Part shown: positions 37,683 through 46,443 of the stretch, one piece after another
How the letters are laid out: each line of letters opens with the position of its first letter
Numbering within the stretch: position 1 is the stretch's first letter
Notes under the pieces: model-generated
What the model saw: only the letters and a program-made list of their open reading frames with translations
The model's database searches: none
Told to the model about the DNA's origin: nothing
Program-made: the position numbers and the translations under genes
Assembly (NCBI GenBank): GCA_903847935.1
Contig: CAINEX010000095.1
Span: forward strand, 2,651 to 66,650
Source: an uncultured Spartobacteria bacterium
GTDB taxonomy: Bacteria > Verrucomicrobiota > Verrucomicrobiia > Chthoniobacterales > UBA6821
DNA: 64,000 bases
Direction of reading: 5' to 3'

Positions 37683-39695
37683 CTACCCGTTGAGCATGGC
37701 CTTCATCCGTGCAAAGGCATCGAGCGTCTCCTCCTCGCTCATCGGCTCGGCAAGGATTCCCTCCATGCTGCCGGACTCGACACCATCGCCGATCAACTCA
37801 AGCAGGAAAGGGCTCGGGGCACAGGAACTGACACTTCCAAACTTTTGACGCGTGGAACAATGGGTAATCGTCAAGCGATGGCGGGCCCTCGTGATGCCGA
37901 CATAGAGAAGACGTCGTTCCTCTTCGACCGTTCCCTCGGCCTTTGAACGTTCATGGGGAAGGAGCCCGTCCTCCGCTCCGACAAGCCAGACCTCTGGAAA
38001 TTCAAGCCCCTTGGCCGCATGAAGAGTGATCAGGGTGACTCCGGATCGATCCTCTTCTTTCTCCTCCTCGCGCTCCTGCTCCAGCATCAGCCCGTCGAGA
38101 AATCCACGGGCACCCTCACGCGGGTGACGCTGGCAGTAACCACCAAGCGCGTTCAGCAACTCCCTCACGTTTTCGTGACGGTTATCGGCCTCCTGCTCTG
38201 ATTTGCAACCCTTCTTCAGATCCTCGAAATAGCCGCACTCCTCCAGGACCCCTCTCAGGATCGACGAGGCATCGATGCCGGGAGTCTGGAGTTGGATCCG
38301 ATAGGCACCCCAATCCTCCGTGAAGCGCTGAATGGCGCCCCGTGTTTTGGAGGAACTCACGTCCAGATGTTCAGGATCGTTGAGGATCGCAAGGAGGCTC
38401 TTACCGGTCTTTGCCCCCGCCTCGTTGGCTAGCTGGAGCGTGGCGCTTCCGATCCCCCTTGGCGGGTTTGCAAGAACCCTCAGCAAGGCATTGTCATCGT
38501 CGGGATTCAGGAGCGCCCCAAGATAGGCAACGACATCCTTCACTTCGCGGCGGTCAAAGAAGCTCTTCCCACCAACAACACGGTAAGGAATTCTCCGCTC
38601 GCGCAGCACCTCCTCAAACTGACGTGATTGAGCATTCATGCGGTAGAGAATGGCGAAGTCGGTCCATGGACGAGCCTTCGAACTATTCGGCCCGGAAGCC
38701 TGGATCTCGTCAGCAATGAACTCCGCTTCCGTTTTGTCGTCAGCAGCGGAAAGAATGCGAACTGGATCCCCTTCCTTTCGATCGCTCCAGAGGCGTTTGC
38801 CGCGACGTCGCGAATTATTCAGGATAAGTCGGTTGGCCACCGAAAGGATGACGTCGGTGCTTCGGTAATTCTGCTCGAGCTTGATCACCTCCGGGTCGGG
38901 GAAGTGACGTTCAAATTCCAGAAGGTTTGCCGCCTCGGCTCCACGCCATCCGTAGATGCTCTGGTCATCGTCTCCCACAACGCAGATATTCGGGCAGTCG
39001 TCTCCCGTCAGAAGACTTACCAGCTCAAGCTGCAGGGCATTTGTATCCTGAAACTCGTCCACCATGACATGTCGGTAGCGGGATCTCCAATCCTCCCGCG
39101 CCTCGGGATGATCGCGCAGGAGCGTGCGTGCCTGGAGCAGGAGGTCGTCGAAGTCCATCGCATTGAGCGTGCGGAGTTCATTCTGATATTTGGAAAAAAG
39201 GCTTCCGAGCGCCGTATCCGTGGTCTCGGGTTCGCTCATCCCAAGATTCTTGGCCTTGCTGATGATCGCACGAGCCAGCTTGGGATCGACCGGGTCCTGC
39301 TTGTCATGGATCCTTGCCGCCAGTTTTTTCACCAGACCGATCTGGTCGGACTCATCAAAGATGCTGAAATTCTCCTTATATCCCAGGAGGTGGGCGTGCT
39401 TCCGGAGCATCCGCACGCAAAGGGCGTGAAAGGTGGAAAGCGTGATCAACTTTGCCTGATCCGAATTCACGGATCCGGCAACACGCTCGCGCATCTCCTT
39501 GGCCGCTTTATTGGTGAAGGTGACCGCGAGAATCGAGGACGGATCAACTCCTTGGGAGACAAGCCAGGCGATGCGTGCCGTAAGCACGCGCGTCTTGCCG
39601 GTTCCAGCCCCGGCAAGAATCAGCATCGGACCATCCGGATGCGTGGCCGCCCGGAACTGTTCGGGATTGAGGTCAAAAAGTCGGAAGCCGGACAC
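37683..39695 (-). CDS. ATP-dependent DNA helicase, UvrD/Rep/PcrA family (SF1A)
   Basis: 670 aa with a GTG start. Motifs: I AGAGTGKT, II VMVDEFQDTN, III GDDDQSIYGWRGA, V/VI LITLHAAKGLEF and YVGITRAR. Confidence 0.92.
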   Translation of the reverse strand: MSGFRLFDLNPEQFRAATHPDGPMLILAGAGTGKTRVLTARIAWLVSQGVDPSSILAVTFTNKAAKEMRERVAGSVNSDQAKLITLSTFHALCVRMLRKHAHLLGYKENFSIFDESDQIGLVKKLAARIHDKQDPVDPKLARAIISKAKNLGMSEPETTDTALGSLFSKYQNELRTLNAMDFDDLLLQARTLLRDHPEAREDWRSRYRHVMVDEFQDTNALQLELVSLLTGDDCPNICVVGDDDQSIYGWRGAEAANLLEFERHFPDPEVIKLEQNYRSTDVILSVANRLILNNSRRRGKRLWSDRKEGDPVRILSAADDKTEAEFIADEIQASGPNSSKARPWTDFAILYRMNAQSRQFEEVLRERRIPYRVVGGKSFFDRREVKDVVAYLGALLNPDDDNALLRVLANPPRGIGSATLQLANEAGAKTGKSLLAILNDPEHLDVSSSKTRGAIQRFTEDWGAYRIQLQTPGIDASSILRGVLEECGYFEDLKKGCKSEQEADNRHENVRELLNALGGYCQRHPREGARGFLDGLMLEQEREEEKEEDRSGVTLITLHAAKGLEFPEVWLVGAEDGLLPHERSKAEGTVEEERRLLYVGITRARHRLTITHCSTRQKFGSVSSCAPSPFLLELIGDGVESGSMEGILAEPMSEEETLDAFARMKAMLNG

Positions 39696-39733
39696 GGAAA
39701 GTGGTGATGGGATATTGGGAAAGTGGTGATGGG
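39696..39733. repeat. 16-nt perfect direct repeat x2 (period 22 nt) abutting the helicase start codon
   Basis: GGAAAGTGGTGATGGG occurs at 39696-39711 and 39718-39733 (+ strand). The first copy touches the GTG start at 39695. Confidence 0.6.
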
Positions 39734-39893
39734 GAGCAACCGATGATACTCTGGAAAACAGAAAATCGGGAATAGCGAACGATCCGGATCATAGAAAATT
39801 CCACCACGTGGATTCCCGGCGCAGATTCTTAATGAAAGTTCAACGACAGAGGTCTCCTGTCCAACCGCCTCAACTTCCTGCTGTTTTTCAGAT

Positions 39894-40496
39894 TTAAAAA
39901 TCCCGGGGTCCGATGCTGATACCTCTGGCAAATTCCCTGACCATCCGAGGATAGAGTTCGTGCTCGGCCACTTGGATCCGGGCGTGGAGAGAATCTGCGG
40001 TATCATCGGTGCGTACGGGCACCCTGCTCTGTCCAAGAATGCGTCCCGTGTCAACGCCCGCATCCACCAAATGAACGGTACATCCCGCTTCAGTGACGCC
40101 GGCTTCGACGGCCTGTCTCCAAGCCTCCAGTCCTCGGAAGGCCGGAAGCAGGGAGGGGTGAATATTCAGAATCCGGCCAGGAAAAGCCTTCAGAAGAGGC
40201 TCCTTGATCACACGCATGAATCCGGCCAACACCACGAAATCAACCCTGGCTTCCTGAAGCAATCGAACCATTGCCTCCTCAGCTTCTGGGGACATCCGGG
40301 TGCGAAAGTGGCCGGGTGCCACGAAGCGATGGGGAATACCAAATTCCCCGGCTAGATCAAGGATGCCGGCCTCTTCCACATCGGAGAGGACGATCGCTAC
40401 TTCACTCTCCCGGGAATCTTCTTTGAAAGCCTCCGCAAGAGCCCTGAAGTTTGATCCTTTACCCGATCCTAGAACGCCGAAACGTGGCACCGGCAT
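39894..40496 (-). CDS. purN: phosphoribosylglycinamide formyltransferase
   Basis: Trimmed to the ATG at 40496 (MPVPRFGVLGSGKGSNFRAL). NIHPSLLPAFRG and GCTVHLVDAGVDTG motifs. The alternative start is 40535. Confidence 0.88.
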   Translation of the reverse strand: MPVPRFGVLGSGKGSNFRALAEAFKEDSRESEVAIVLSDVEEAGILDLAGEFGIPHRFVAPGHFRTRMSPEAEEAMVRLLQEARVDFVVLAGFMRVIKEPLLKAFPGRILNIHPSLLPAFRGLEAWRQAVEAGVTEAGCTVHLVDAGVDTGRILGQSRVPVRTDDTADSLHARIQVAEHELYPRMVREFARGISIGPRDF

Positions 40497-40563
40497 ACAA
40501 GAAACCCCCGGCTTTGAAGCGCCGGGGGTGTTCATGACTTCCAGAACAATCTGAAAGGGAAAA

Positions 40564-40842
40564 TTAGTTCGCTGCGACCGCTTTGTTGGCGGGAGCATCA
40601 ACAGGATCAACATTCACACGACGGCCTGCGCGGTCGAAACGAACCTTCCCGTCAACAAGCGACCAGATTGTGTAGTCGCGCCCAAGTCCAACATTGAGAC
40701 CGGGGATGAACTTGGTCCCGCGCTGGCGGATGATGATGTTACCGGCAATCACGGACTGATCACCGAATTTTTTGACGCCAAGGCGTTTGCTTTCGCTATC
40801 GCGGCCGTTCTTGACGCTTCCCTGTCCTTTTTTATGTGCCAT
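40564..40842 (-). CDS. rpmA: 50S ribosomal protein L27
   Basis: 92 aa. [24 protein letters not shown]... is a canonical L27. Confidence 0.96.
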   Translation of the reverse strand: MAHKKGQGSVKNGRDSESKRLGVKKFGDQSVIAGNIIIRQRGTKFIPGLNVGLGRDYTIWSLVDGKVRFDRAGRRVNVDPVDAPANKAVAAN

Positions 40843-40879
40843 GGCAGTGGGATGTGTGGGTTGGAGAAATTGGTAAATC

Positions 40880-41194
40880 TTAGGCTGAGATCTTGGTGAT
40901 CTTCAGTTTTGTGAGCTTGCGGCGATGACCAACGGTGCGGTGATATCCCTTACGGCGCTTGAATTTGAAGGCGATGACCTTCTCGTCCTTGTGCTGTTCG
41001 ACGACCTCGGCCTTGACGGTAGCCCCAGCGACGCGGGGCAAGCCAAGGTTGATCTTGTCCCCATCCACGACGAGCAGGATGTCATTGAAAGTGGTTTCGG
41101 TGCCGGCTTCGACATCGAGTTTCTCGACACTCAGAACGTCTCCCTCGGAGACGCGGTACTGTTTGCCGCCGGTTTGGATGATTGCGTAGGACAT
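40880..41194 (-). CDS. rplU: 50S ribosomal protein L21
   Basis: Trimmed to the ATG at 41194 ([19 protein letters not shown]), 104 aa. Upstream of rpmA, as in most bacteria. Confidence 0.94.
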   Translation of the reverse strand: MSYAIIQTGGKQYRVSEGDVLSVEKLDVEAGTETTFNDILLVVDGDKINLGLPRVAGATVKAEVVEQHKDEKVIAFKFKRRKGYHRTVGHRRKLTKLKITKISA

Positions 41195-41311
41195 GGGAAA
41201 TCTTTGGAAAAAGGAGAGTGAGGATGCCACGGAAGGCTCGGGTACACAACAGAAATTTTGATGTTTTATCTCTTGCTCCCCGGCGATCCCACCTTATGAT
41301 GCTCCTCCCTT

Positions 41312-41395
41312 GCTCGGGTGGTGAAATGGCAGACACGTGCGTTTAAGGGGCGCATGCCGAAAGGCATGAGGGTTCGAGTCCCTCCCCGAGCACCA
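41312..41395 (+). tRNA. tRNA-Leu (type II, long variable arm); hand fold gives anticodon AAG
   Basis: 84 nt. Acceptor GCTCGGG/CCCGAGC, D-arm GTG..CAC, anticodon stem TGCGT/GCGCA with loop TTAAGGG, variable arm TGCC-GAAA-GGCA, T-arm GAGGG-TTCGAGT-CCCTC, ACCA end. Its identity as a Leu tRNA is solid. The anticodon call (AAG versus a shifted UAA register) needs a covariance model. Confidence 0.88.
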
Positions 41396-41530
41396 CTTCT
41401 CCGGTCTGTGTCTGGAGAAGTTTTTGCGGCACCAAGGCCGCTTTCTTATGACGGCTTGCCTTATGGGCCAAGAAGTGATTAGACCCAGACAAGACCTTAC
41501 GGTCCCTGCCCCTCCAGTCATTCCATCCTG

Positions 41531-42121
41531 CTACAAGAGCATCTCCGCGGGATGATTTTGGATTTCGGTCAACTCGATCAGCTTGCGAAGTAGGAGCAAC
41601 GAAGCAACCGCATCCGAGAGGGCCTCGTGCCAGCGAAAATCGGGCAGGAAAACCCTCGCCTGTTCCTCAAGGGAAAATTCTCCGGCCAGATCGGAGAGCG
41701 CGTACGAGGGACGCCCCGCGAGGATCTTTCTACTCAGTGTAAGCGTATCGACCCACGGACCGAAGCCGTGAAGAGGAAAAGCTCTCAGGTAACGTTTTTC
41801 AGTTCCGGCGCCATGGGCGACCAACCACCGATTAGCAAGAAGCCGTTTCATCTCGGGCCAAAGGGAAAGAAATTCCGGCGCATCCTGAAGGTCGCTCTGC
41901 GTGATCCCGTGCAGTTGCTGGGCGGCCCAGGTCACGGGACGATGTGTTCTCAGATAACTCCGGTAGAACGAGGAGGGATCCACGACGAGCCCATGCATCC
42001 ATGCAACACCTACTTGAACGGGCACGCCCGCTTCGTTGGCCCTCTCACCGGCCGACTCAAAATCAAGGGCTGCAAAGGAAAGCTCTCCGACCTTCGCCGC
42101 TGGATTGCCCTCGGGATCCAT
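41531..42121 (-). CDS. DEDD-type 3'-5' exonuclease (DnaQ/PolIII epsilon-like)
   Basis: Trimmed to the ATG at 42121, which removes the overlap with the DAHP synthase gene. FAALDFESAG (Exo I), LVAHGAGTEKRYL and a distal H..ALSDA (Exo III). Confidence 0.7.
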   Translation of the reverse strand: MDPEGNPAAKVGELSFAALDFESAGERANEAGVPVQVGVAWMHGLVVDPSSFYRSYLRTHRPVTWAAQQLHGITQSDLQDAPEFLSLWPEMKRLLANRWLVAHGAGTEKRYLRAFPLHGFGPWVDTLTLSRKILAGRPSYALSDLAGEFSLEEQARVFLPDFRWHEALSDAVASLLLLRKLIELTEIQNHPAEMLL

Positions 42122-42138
42122 GGGGAGGGCTTGGCTCC

Positions 42139-43203
42139 CTAGCCGCGAAGGAGAGCGGCCGTGCTTTCCCAATCGAGGCAGGCATCCGTGATCGAGACTC
42201 CGTAGCGAAGCTTTGTGGGATCGCCTTCCAGCGCCTGGGCGCCACCCTCGATATGGCTTTCAAGCATCGCCCCGACAATGTCGGAGCGCCCCGAGGCACG
42301 CTGATCGAGGATACTAGCCCAGACTTCCGGCTGGCGGGTGGGATCCTTGCCGCTGTTAGCATGACTGCAGTCCACCATGATTGCTGAGGGAACTCCAGCT
42401 GCCTTGAGTTTGGCGGCGGCATCCGCGGTGTGCGCGGGGTGATAGTTCACCCCGTCCCGTCCTCCTCGCAGGACAAGATGCCCATCGGGGTTGCCAGCCG
42501 TCTTGATGATGCTGGTCATGCCCTCCTGATCGATGCCGAGAAAACTATGTCCCGAGCGTGAAGAGCGCATCGCGTCAACGGCCGTTTGAACGCTGCCATC
42601 CGTGCCGTTTTTGAATCCCACGGGCATGGAAAGCCCGCTCGACATTTCACGATGGGTCTGTGACTCGGTGGTGCGGGCCCCGATGGCCGACCAGCTGATC
42701 AGGTCGGCGATGTACTGGGGTATGATCGGATCGAGGAACTCGGTCGCGGCGGGAAGACCCAGGGCGGCGACATCAAGCAGGAGCCGGCGCGCCACCTCGA
42801 TGCCTCGCGCCAAGTCACCGGTGTCATTGAGCGCCGGATCGTTGATGAGTCCCTTCCAGCCCACGGTCGTGCGCGGCTTCTCGAAGTAAACGCGCATGAC
42901 GATGAAGAGGCGGTCTTCTACCTCCTTGGAAAGCGCGGCAAGTCGCCGTGCATAGTCGAGAGCGGAGACAGGGTCATGAATCGAGCATGGGCCCACGATC
43001 ACAAGCAGTCTGGGATCCTCCCCGCGCAGGATGCTGCGGCATGTTTCTCTCTGTTGTGCAACCTGCCTCAGCACGCCGGGACTAGCCGACAGTCGATCCT
43101 TTACCTCACGCGGCGAGACAAGCCGGGTGACCGCGGAGACACGGATGTCTTCGGTGCGGGGCTTGCCCGGAGTGGATGCGTTGGCTGCAGTGTTGGCGCT
43201 CAT
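42139..43203 (-). CDS. aroG: 3-deoxy-7-phosphoheptulonate (DAHP) synthase, class I (AroF/G/H type)
   Basis: Trimmed to the ATG at 43203, 354 aa. LLVIVGPCSIHD, YFEKPRTTVGWKGLINDP, MVDCSHANS and KLRYGVSITDACLDW. Confidence 0.9.
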   Translation of the reverse strand: MSANTAANASTPGKPRTEDIRVSAVTRLVSPREVKDRLSASPGVLRQVAQQRETCRSILRGEDPRLLVIVGPCSIHDPVSALDYARRLAALSKEVEDRLFIVMRVYFEKPRTTVGWKGLINDPALNDTGDLARGIEVARRLLLDVAALGLPAATEFLDPIIPQYIADLISWSAIGARTTESQTHREMSSGLSMPVGFKNGTDGSVQTAVDAMRSSRSGHSFLGIDQEGMTSIIKTAGNPDGHLVLRGGRDGVNYHPAHTADAAAKLKAAGVPSAIMVDCSHANSGKDPTRQPEVWASILDQRASGRSDIVGAMLESHIEGGAQALEGDPTKLRYGVSITDACLDWESTAALLRG

Positions 43204-43354
43204 GGAAGTGGTGAAACCCGCTTTCGACGGGCTGAATAAGATCCATGCAGGAGGACCTTTTTGCAACCCACAAGTCGCGGAGGGACTCACCCGGCAACTT
43301 CGCCCGTGACGTTTTAGCTTTCAGCTTTCCGGCTTTTTGGCATTTTCTACCCTT

Positions 43355-43843
43355 ATGCCTTCTTTTGACATTGTTTCGGAAATCGAGCGGATGGAGATCG
43401 AAAATGCGGTCAACCAAGCCGTCAAGGAGCTGGCCACTCGCTTTGATTTCAAGGGCAGCAGTGCGAAGATCGAGTTGACCAAGCCGGAGTTGATCACGCT
43501 CTCTGCCGAAGATGGCAATAAGCTCAAGGGCATCCGCGAGATTATCGTGAACAAGTTGGCCAAGCGGGGGGTCGATCTCCGCAACGTGGATCAGAAAGAT
43601 CCCTCCTTCTCCTCGATCGGAAATGCAACCCAGGAACTGGTGATCACCCAAGGCCTCGAGGGTAACAAGGCCAAGGAGATCACCGCGGCCATCAAGGGGG
43701 AAAAATTCAAGGTCTCCGCCTCCCTGCAGGACCGTCAGGTTCGGGTGACGGGAACAAAGCGCGACGAACTTCAGGAAGTGATCGCCTTCCTTCGTGAGAA
43801 AGACTTCGGCGTCTCGCTGAGTTTCAAGAATTTCCGGGACTAA
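43355..43843 (+). CDS. yajQ: YajQ-family nucleotide-binding protein (UPF0234)
   Basis: Trimmed to the ATG at 43355 (MPSFDIVSEIERMEIENAVNQA...RFDFKGS), 162 aa. A canonical YajQ N-terminus. Confidence 0.88.
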   Translation: MPSFDIVSEIERMEIENAVNQAVKELATRFDFKGSSAKIELTKPELITLSAEDGNKLKGIREIIVNKLAKRGVDLRNVDQKDPSFSSIGNATQELVITQGLEGNKAKEITAAIKGEKFKVSASLQDRQVRVTGTKRDELQEVIAFLREKDFGVSLSFKNFRD

Positions 43844-43878
43844 TTTCCTCCCATCCCTCTCTTGGGGACCCCGACTGC

Positions 43879-45279
43879 CTAAGGCTTCCAACCGAAGAAT
43901 TTCCGGGTCTTGATGATCTCGACCACCTTCGGCGGAACCATTTTCTCCCAATCGGGGTCACCATTTTGAAGTTTGGCCATAGTCTTGGCCGAGTCGATTC
44001 CGAGATACTCAAGATTGCAGCCTGCCATGGGGACGATGAAGCGGTTTTCCAGAAGGTAGGCATACAGCGCCCTCAGGTCAGGATCCACCTTGAAAGAAGC
44101 CGCCTCGATGATGTGACCCTTCTCGTCCTTGGTGGGATAGACATACATGCGGACACCTTTCTTGAAGAGGCGGCCAAGTCCCTCAAGGATCCCCCCGTCA
44201 AGATTGCCGTAATATTTTTCGTCGAAGATCTCGTGCAGGCTCGGAATGCCGATGGGGAGACCGATCGGTCGGTCAGAATAACGGCGCAGGTATTGAATGA
44301 GTCGGTAAAATTCGCCGTACTTGGAGATGAGGACGTTCCGTCCCAAGGCTCCAAGCATGTCGACCCGATCAAGGAAGTCCTGAAGGTCGAGTTCACCGCT
44401 GCTCATCAGATTCTTCATGGTGATTTCATGAAGAATCTCGGGCTCCTCTCCGTTCAACTCATCTTCCATCAAGAACATGGCGTTTCCGCATTCGACCATG
44501 TTCCGGTGAACATTCGTAACGGGACGGAAACTGCCACGCTCCACGAGAAGCGGCTTGTGGTAAAAGAGATCGGCCGCCTGGATCACCTCCCCATCACCGC
44601 GGAAGAGGACGGCCTGTGCCAATCCTTGGGTGACAAGCTCCAGACACATGATCCTATTGTCGACCATCGCGAAGTCCGGACCTGAAAACCGGATCATATC
44701 GATCTCGATGCGGGTGGAATCAAGGTCGTCGAGTAACGAGGCAATGAAGGCCTTCAGATCCCTGCGAAGGAAAAAGGCTCCATAGATCAGATTGACTCCG
44801 ATGATCCCGATCGCTTCCTGCTGCTGGAGATTCGTGGCGTCGAGCATTCTGACATGAATGATGATATCATTCGGAGGCGTTCGCGGATTGCTCTGGAATC
44901 GGATGCCCATCCACCCGTGCGACTCGTTCTTTAGCTTGTAGGATCGGGCCGCAACCGTGTCGGCAAAAGCAAAGAAGGTCCTCTCAGAGCCGATCTTCTG
45001 ATCCAGTCGCTCGATAATCAGCGAGTACTCGTGGTCGAGCATCTCATCAAGTCGCTGACGACTTACGAACCGCGTGCTCTTGCCATAGATGGCATCCGAG
45101 AAGGTCATGTCGTAGGCCGAGATCGTCTTGGCAATCGTTCCGGCGGCACCCCCCACATGGAAAAAACGTCGCGCCACTTCCTGTCCGGCCCCGATCTCTG
45201 CAAAGGTGCCGTAAATCGGCTTCGTCATGTTGATTTCGAAGGCCTTCTTGTTGGTCTTCTGATCGAAGTGCGTAATCAT
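43879..45279 (-). CDS. conserved-looking hypothetical protein (466 aa, soluble)
   Basis: A long ORF with balanced composition. Blocks such as FAEIGAGQEVARRFFHVGGAAGTIAKTISAYDMTFSD and HGWMGIRFQ look like a globular enzyme. I cannot assign a family. Confidence 0.7.
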   Translation of the reverse strand: MITHFDQKTNKKAFEINMTKPIYGTFAEIGAGQEVARRFFHVGGAAGTIAKTISAYDMTFSDAIYGKSTRFVSRQRLDEMLDHEYSLIIERLDQKIGSERTFFAFADTVAARSYKLKNESHGWMGIRFQSNPRTPPNDIIIHVRMLDATNLQQQEAIGIIGVNLIYGAFFLRRDLKAFIASLLDDLDSTRIEIDMIRFSGPDFAMVDNRIMCLELVTQGLAQAVLFRGDGEVIQAADLFYHKPLLVERGSFRPVTNVHRNMVECGNAMFLMEDELNGEEPEILHEITMKNLMSSGELDLQDFLDRVDMLGALGRNVLISKYGEFYRLIQYLRRYSDRPIGLPIGIPSLHEIFDEKYYGNLDGGILEGLGRLFKKGVRMYVYPTKDEKGHIIEAASFKVDPDLRALYAYLLENRFIVPMAGCNLEYLGIDSAKTMAKLQNGDPDWEKMVPPKVVEIIKTRKFFGWKP

Positions 45280-45504
45280 CGGTATGAAGCTTTAAGTAAT
45301 CATCCCCCGCTTGCCTAGGCAATCCGTGTGGCAATTTCGCAACAAGGAGAGCCGATATGCTGAATCCCCAACAGCCACCCTGGTCTATTGCCTTCAGATC
45401 TCAATGCCTCCTTCCGCCAGCTTTCGTACAAGATTTTTTCTCCACGACTCCGAGTCCTCGCGCGAAACTTTCCTTTTAGCCAACTTTCTGCGAAGAAGCG
45501 TGAG

Positions 45505-46071
45505 ATGAAGCATTTATCGCTCCTGCTGCTTCCAGTGATGACGCTCCTCCTGACGGGGTGTCTCCACCCGCTCCCACAATACGAGCCTCCCATGCGACGT
45601 GCTGCCGTCCAGAAGGTTCGCACCACCGCCTACACGCAGAGCGAGGGCGACCATCTCCGGTACGGGGCTCGGACGGCGCTCGGGACTCCTCTCCGACACG
45701 GTGCAGTCAACAGCGCGGCTGCCGACTGGGCACGCTGGCCCTGCGGCACCCTGTTCCGGATCAGGGCCACGGGGGAGATCTTCGAGGTCGACGACTACGG
45801 GTTCGCCCTCTCCGGACGGAATACCATCGACCTCTATAAACCCTCCAGAAAGCCTATGCGGGAGTGGGGCGTTCGTCGCGTAACGATCGAGATCCTCAAG
45901 TGGGGCGATCCCTGGAAGAGCTACCGCAAGATGATCTGCGTCAGATCCTACCGTCATATCAGGCGCATGATGAACGAAATTAAATCGTGGTTTCACGCGC
46001 CCCCTCCCGAGCCGGTCTTTCCAGCCGGCGGCTTCTGTCCCGCTCCCTTGTCCACTAGACACTCCAACTAG
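45505..46071 (+). CDS. 3D-domain lipoprotein (MltA/RlpA-like double-psi beta-barrel)
   Basis: Trimmed to the ATG at 45505. Lipobox MKHLSLLLLPVMTLLLTGC. The 3D domain reads RTTAYTQSEGD...AADWARWPCGTLFRI...FEVDDYGFALSGRNTIDLY. Confidence 0.75.
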   Translation: MKHLSLLLLPVMTLLLTGCLHPLPQYEPPMRRAAVQKVRTTAYTQSEGDHLRYGARTALGTPLRHGAVNSAAADWARWPCGTLFRIRATGEIFEVDDYGFALSGRNTIDLYKPSRKPMREWGVRRVTIEILKWGDPWKSYRKMICVRSYRHIRRMMNEIKSWFHAPPPEPVFPAGGFCPAPLSTRHSN

Positions 46072-46074
46072 CTG

Positions 46075-46443
46075 ATGACGTTGTTGACTTTCTTGCCCGA
46101 GTTTTTGTTCATTGCAACCGTCTTCGAGGGAGTTCTTTCATTCGCATTTCTATATGGCGGATTGGTTTTGCTGCTTCAGTTTGATGACCTAGAGCTCGCC
46201 GCGTTAAAAATCCGTTATCAGGAGCTCTCGGAAAAGAACTCCAATCATTTCCTTCTCTTCTGCAAGTGGCAATTCACGTTCCAATGGGAATACAGCCGAT
46301 TATCCAGAATGATCAGGAATTGGGGAGAGCGATCCAACGCGCGGCTCTGCTTTCTGCTCGGGATGGGCTTTCTTATCGTGACTCTTCTCTCGGGTCACTA
46401 TGCCAAGCCCCCGTTTTCACATGAACCGGGTTTTCAGCTTTGA
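46075..46443 (+). CDS. hypothetical membrane protein (122 aa)
   Basis: Starts 1 nt after the 3D-gene stop codon (first ATG base 46075, stop ends 46074). Two hydrophobic regions. Visibly more AT-rich than its neighbours. The 3' end overlaps convergent ispG by 10 nt. Confidence 0.4.
   Translation: MTLLTFLPEFLFIATVFEGVLSFAFLYGGLVLLLQFDDLELAALKIRYQELSEKNSNHFLLFCKWQFTFQWEYSRLSRMIRNWGERSNARLCFLLGMGFLIVTLLSGHYAKPPFSHEPGFQL

Noticed and set aside
38628-39707. 359-aa + strand ORF antisense to the UvrD-family helicase. The same kind of long antisense ORF occurs at 53036-54091 (351 aa, over pheT/pheS), 20077-21072 (331 aa, over the EPS synthase), 43106-43951 (281 aa, over aroG/yajQ), 27400-28191 (263 aa, over the ABC-2 permease), 2112-2894 and 1196-1999.
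   Set aside because: Each lies fully opposite a gene with clear family motifs. Their composition is skewed (Arg/Gly/Pro/Asp-rich), as is typical of shadow frames in GC-rich DNA, and none shows a recognisable motif. I treat them as non-coding.
39696-39733. The 16-nt repeats with a 22-nt period considered as a mini-CRISPR array.
   Set aside because: There are only two copies, the spacer is 6 nt, and no cas genes are present. This is not a CRISPR array.
45280-45504. Possible c-di-AMP (ydaO-type) riboswitch upstream of the 3D-domain cell-wall lipoprotein.
   Set aside because: I could not find the conserved ydaO blocks (CGCTTAATC, GGGGACCCA, GGGGTGAATC, CCCGAACCCG...) on the sense strand. Only a chance GCTGAATCCCC is present.
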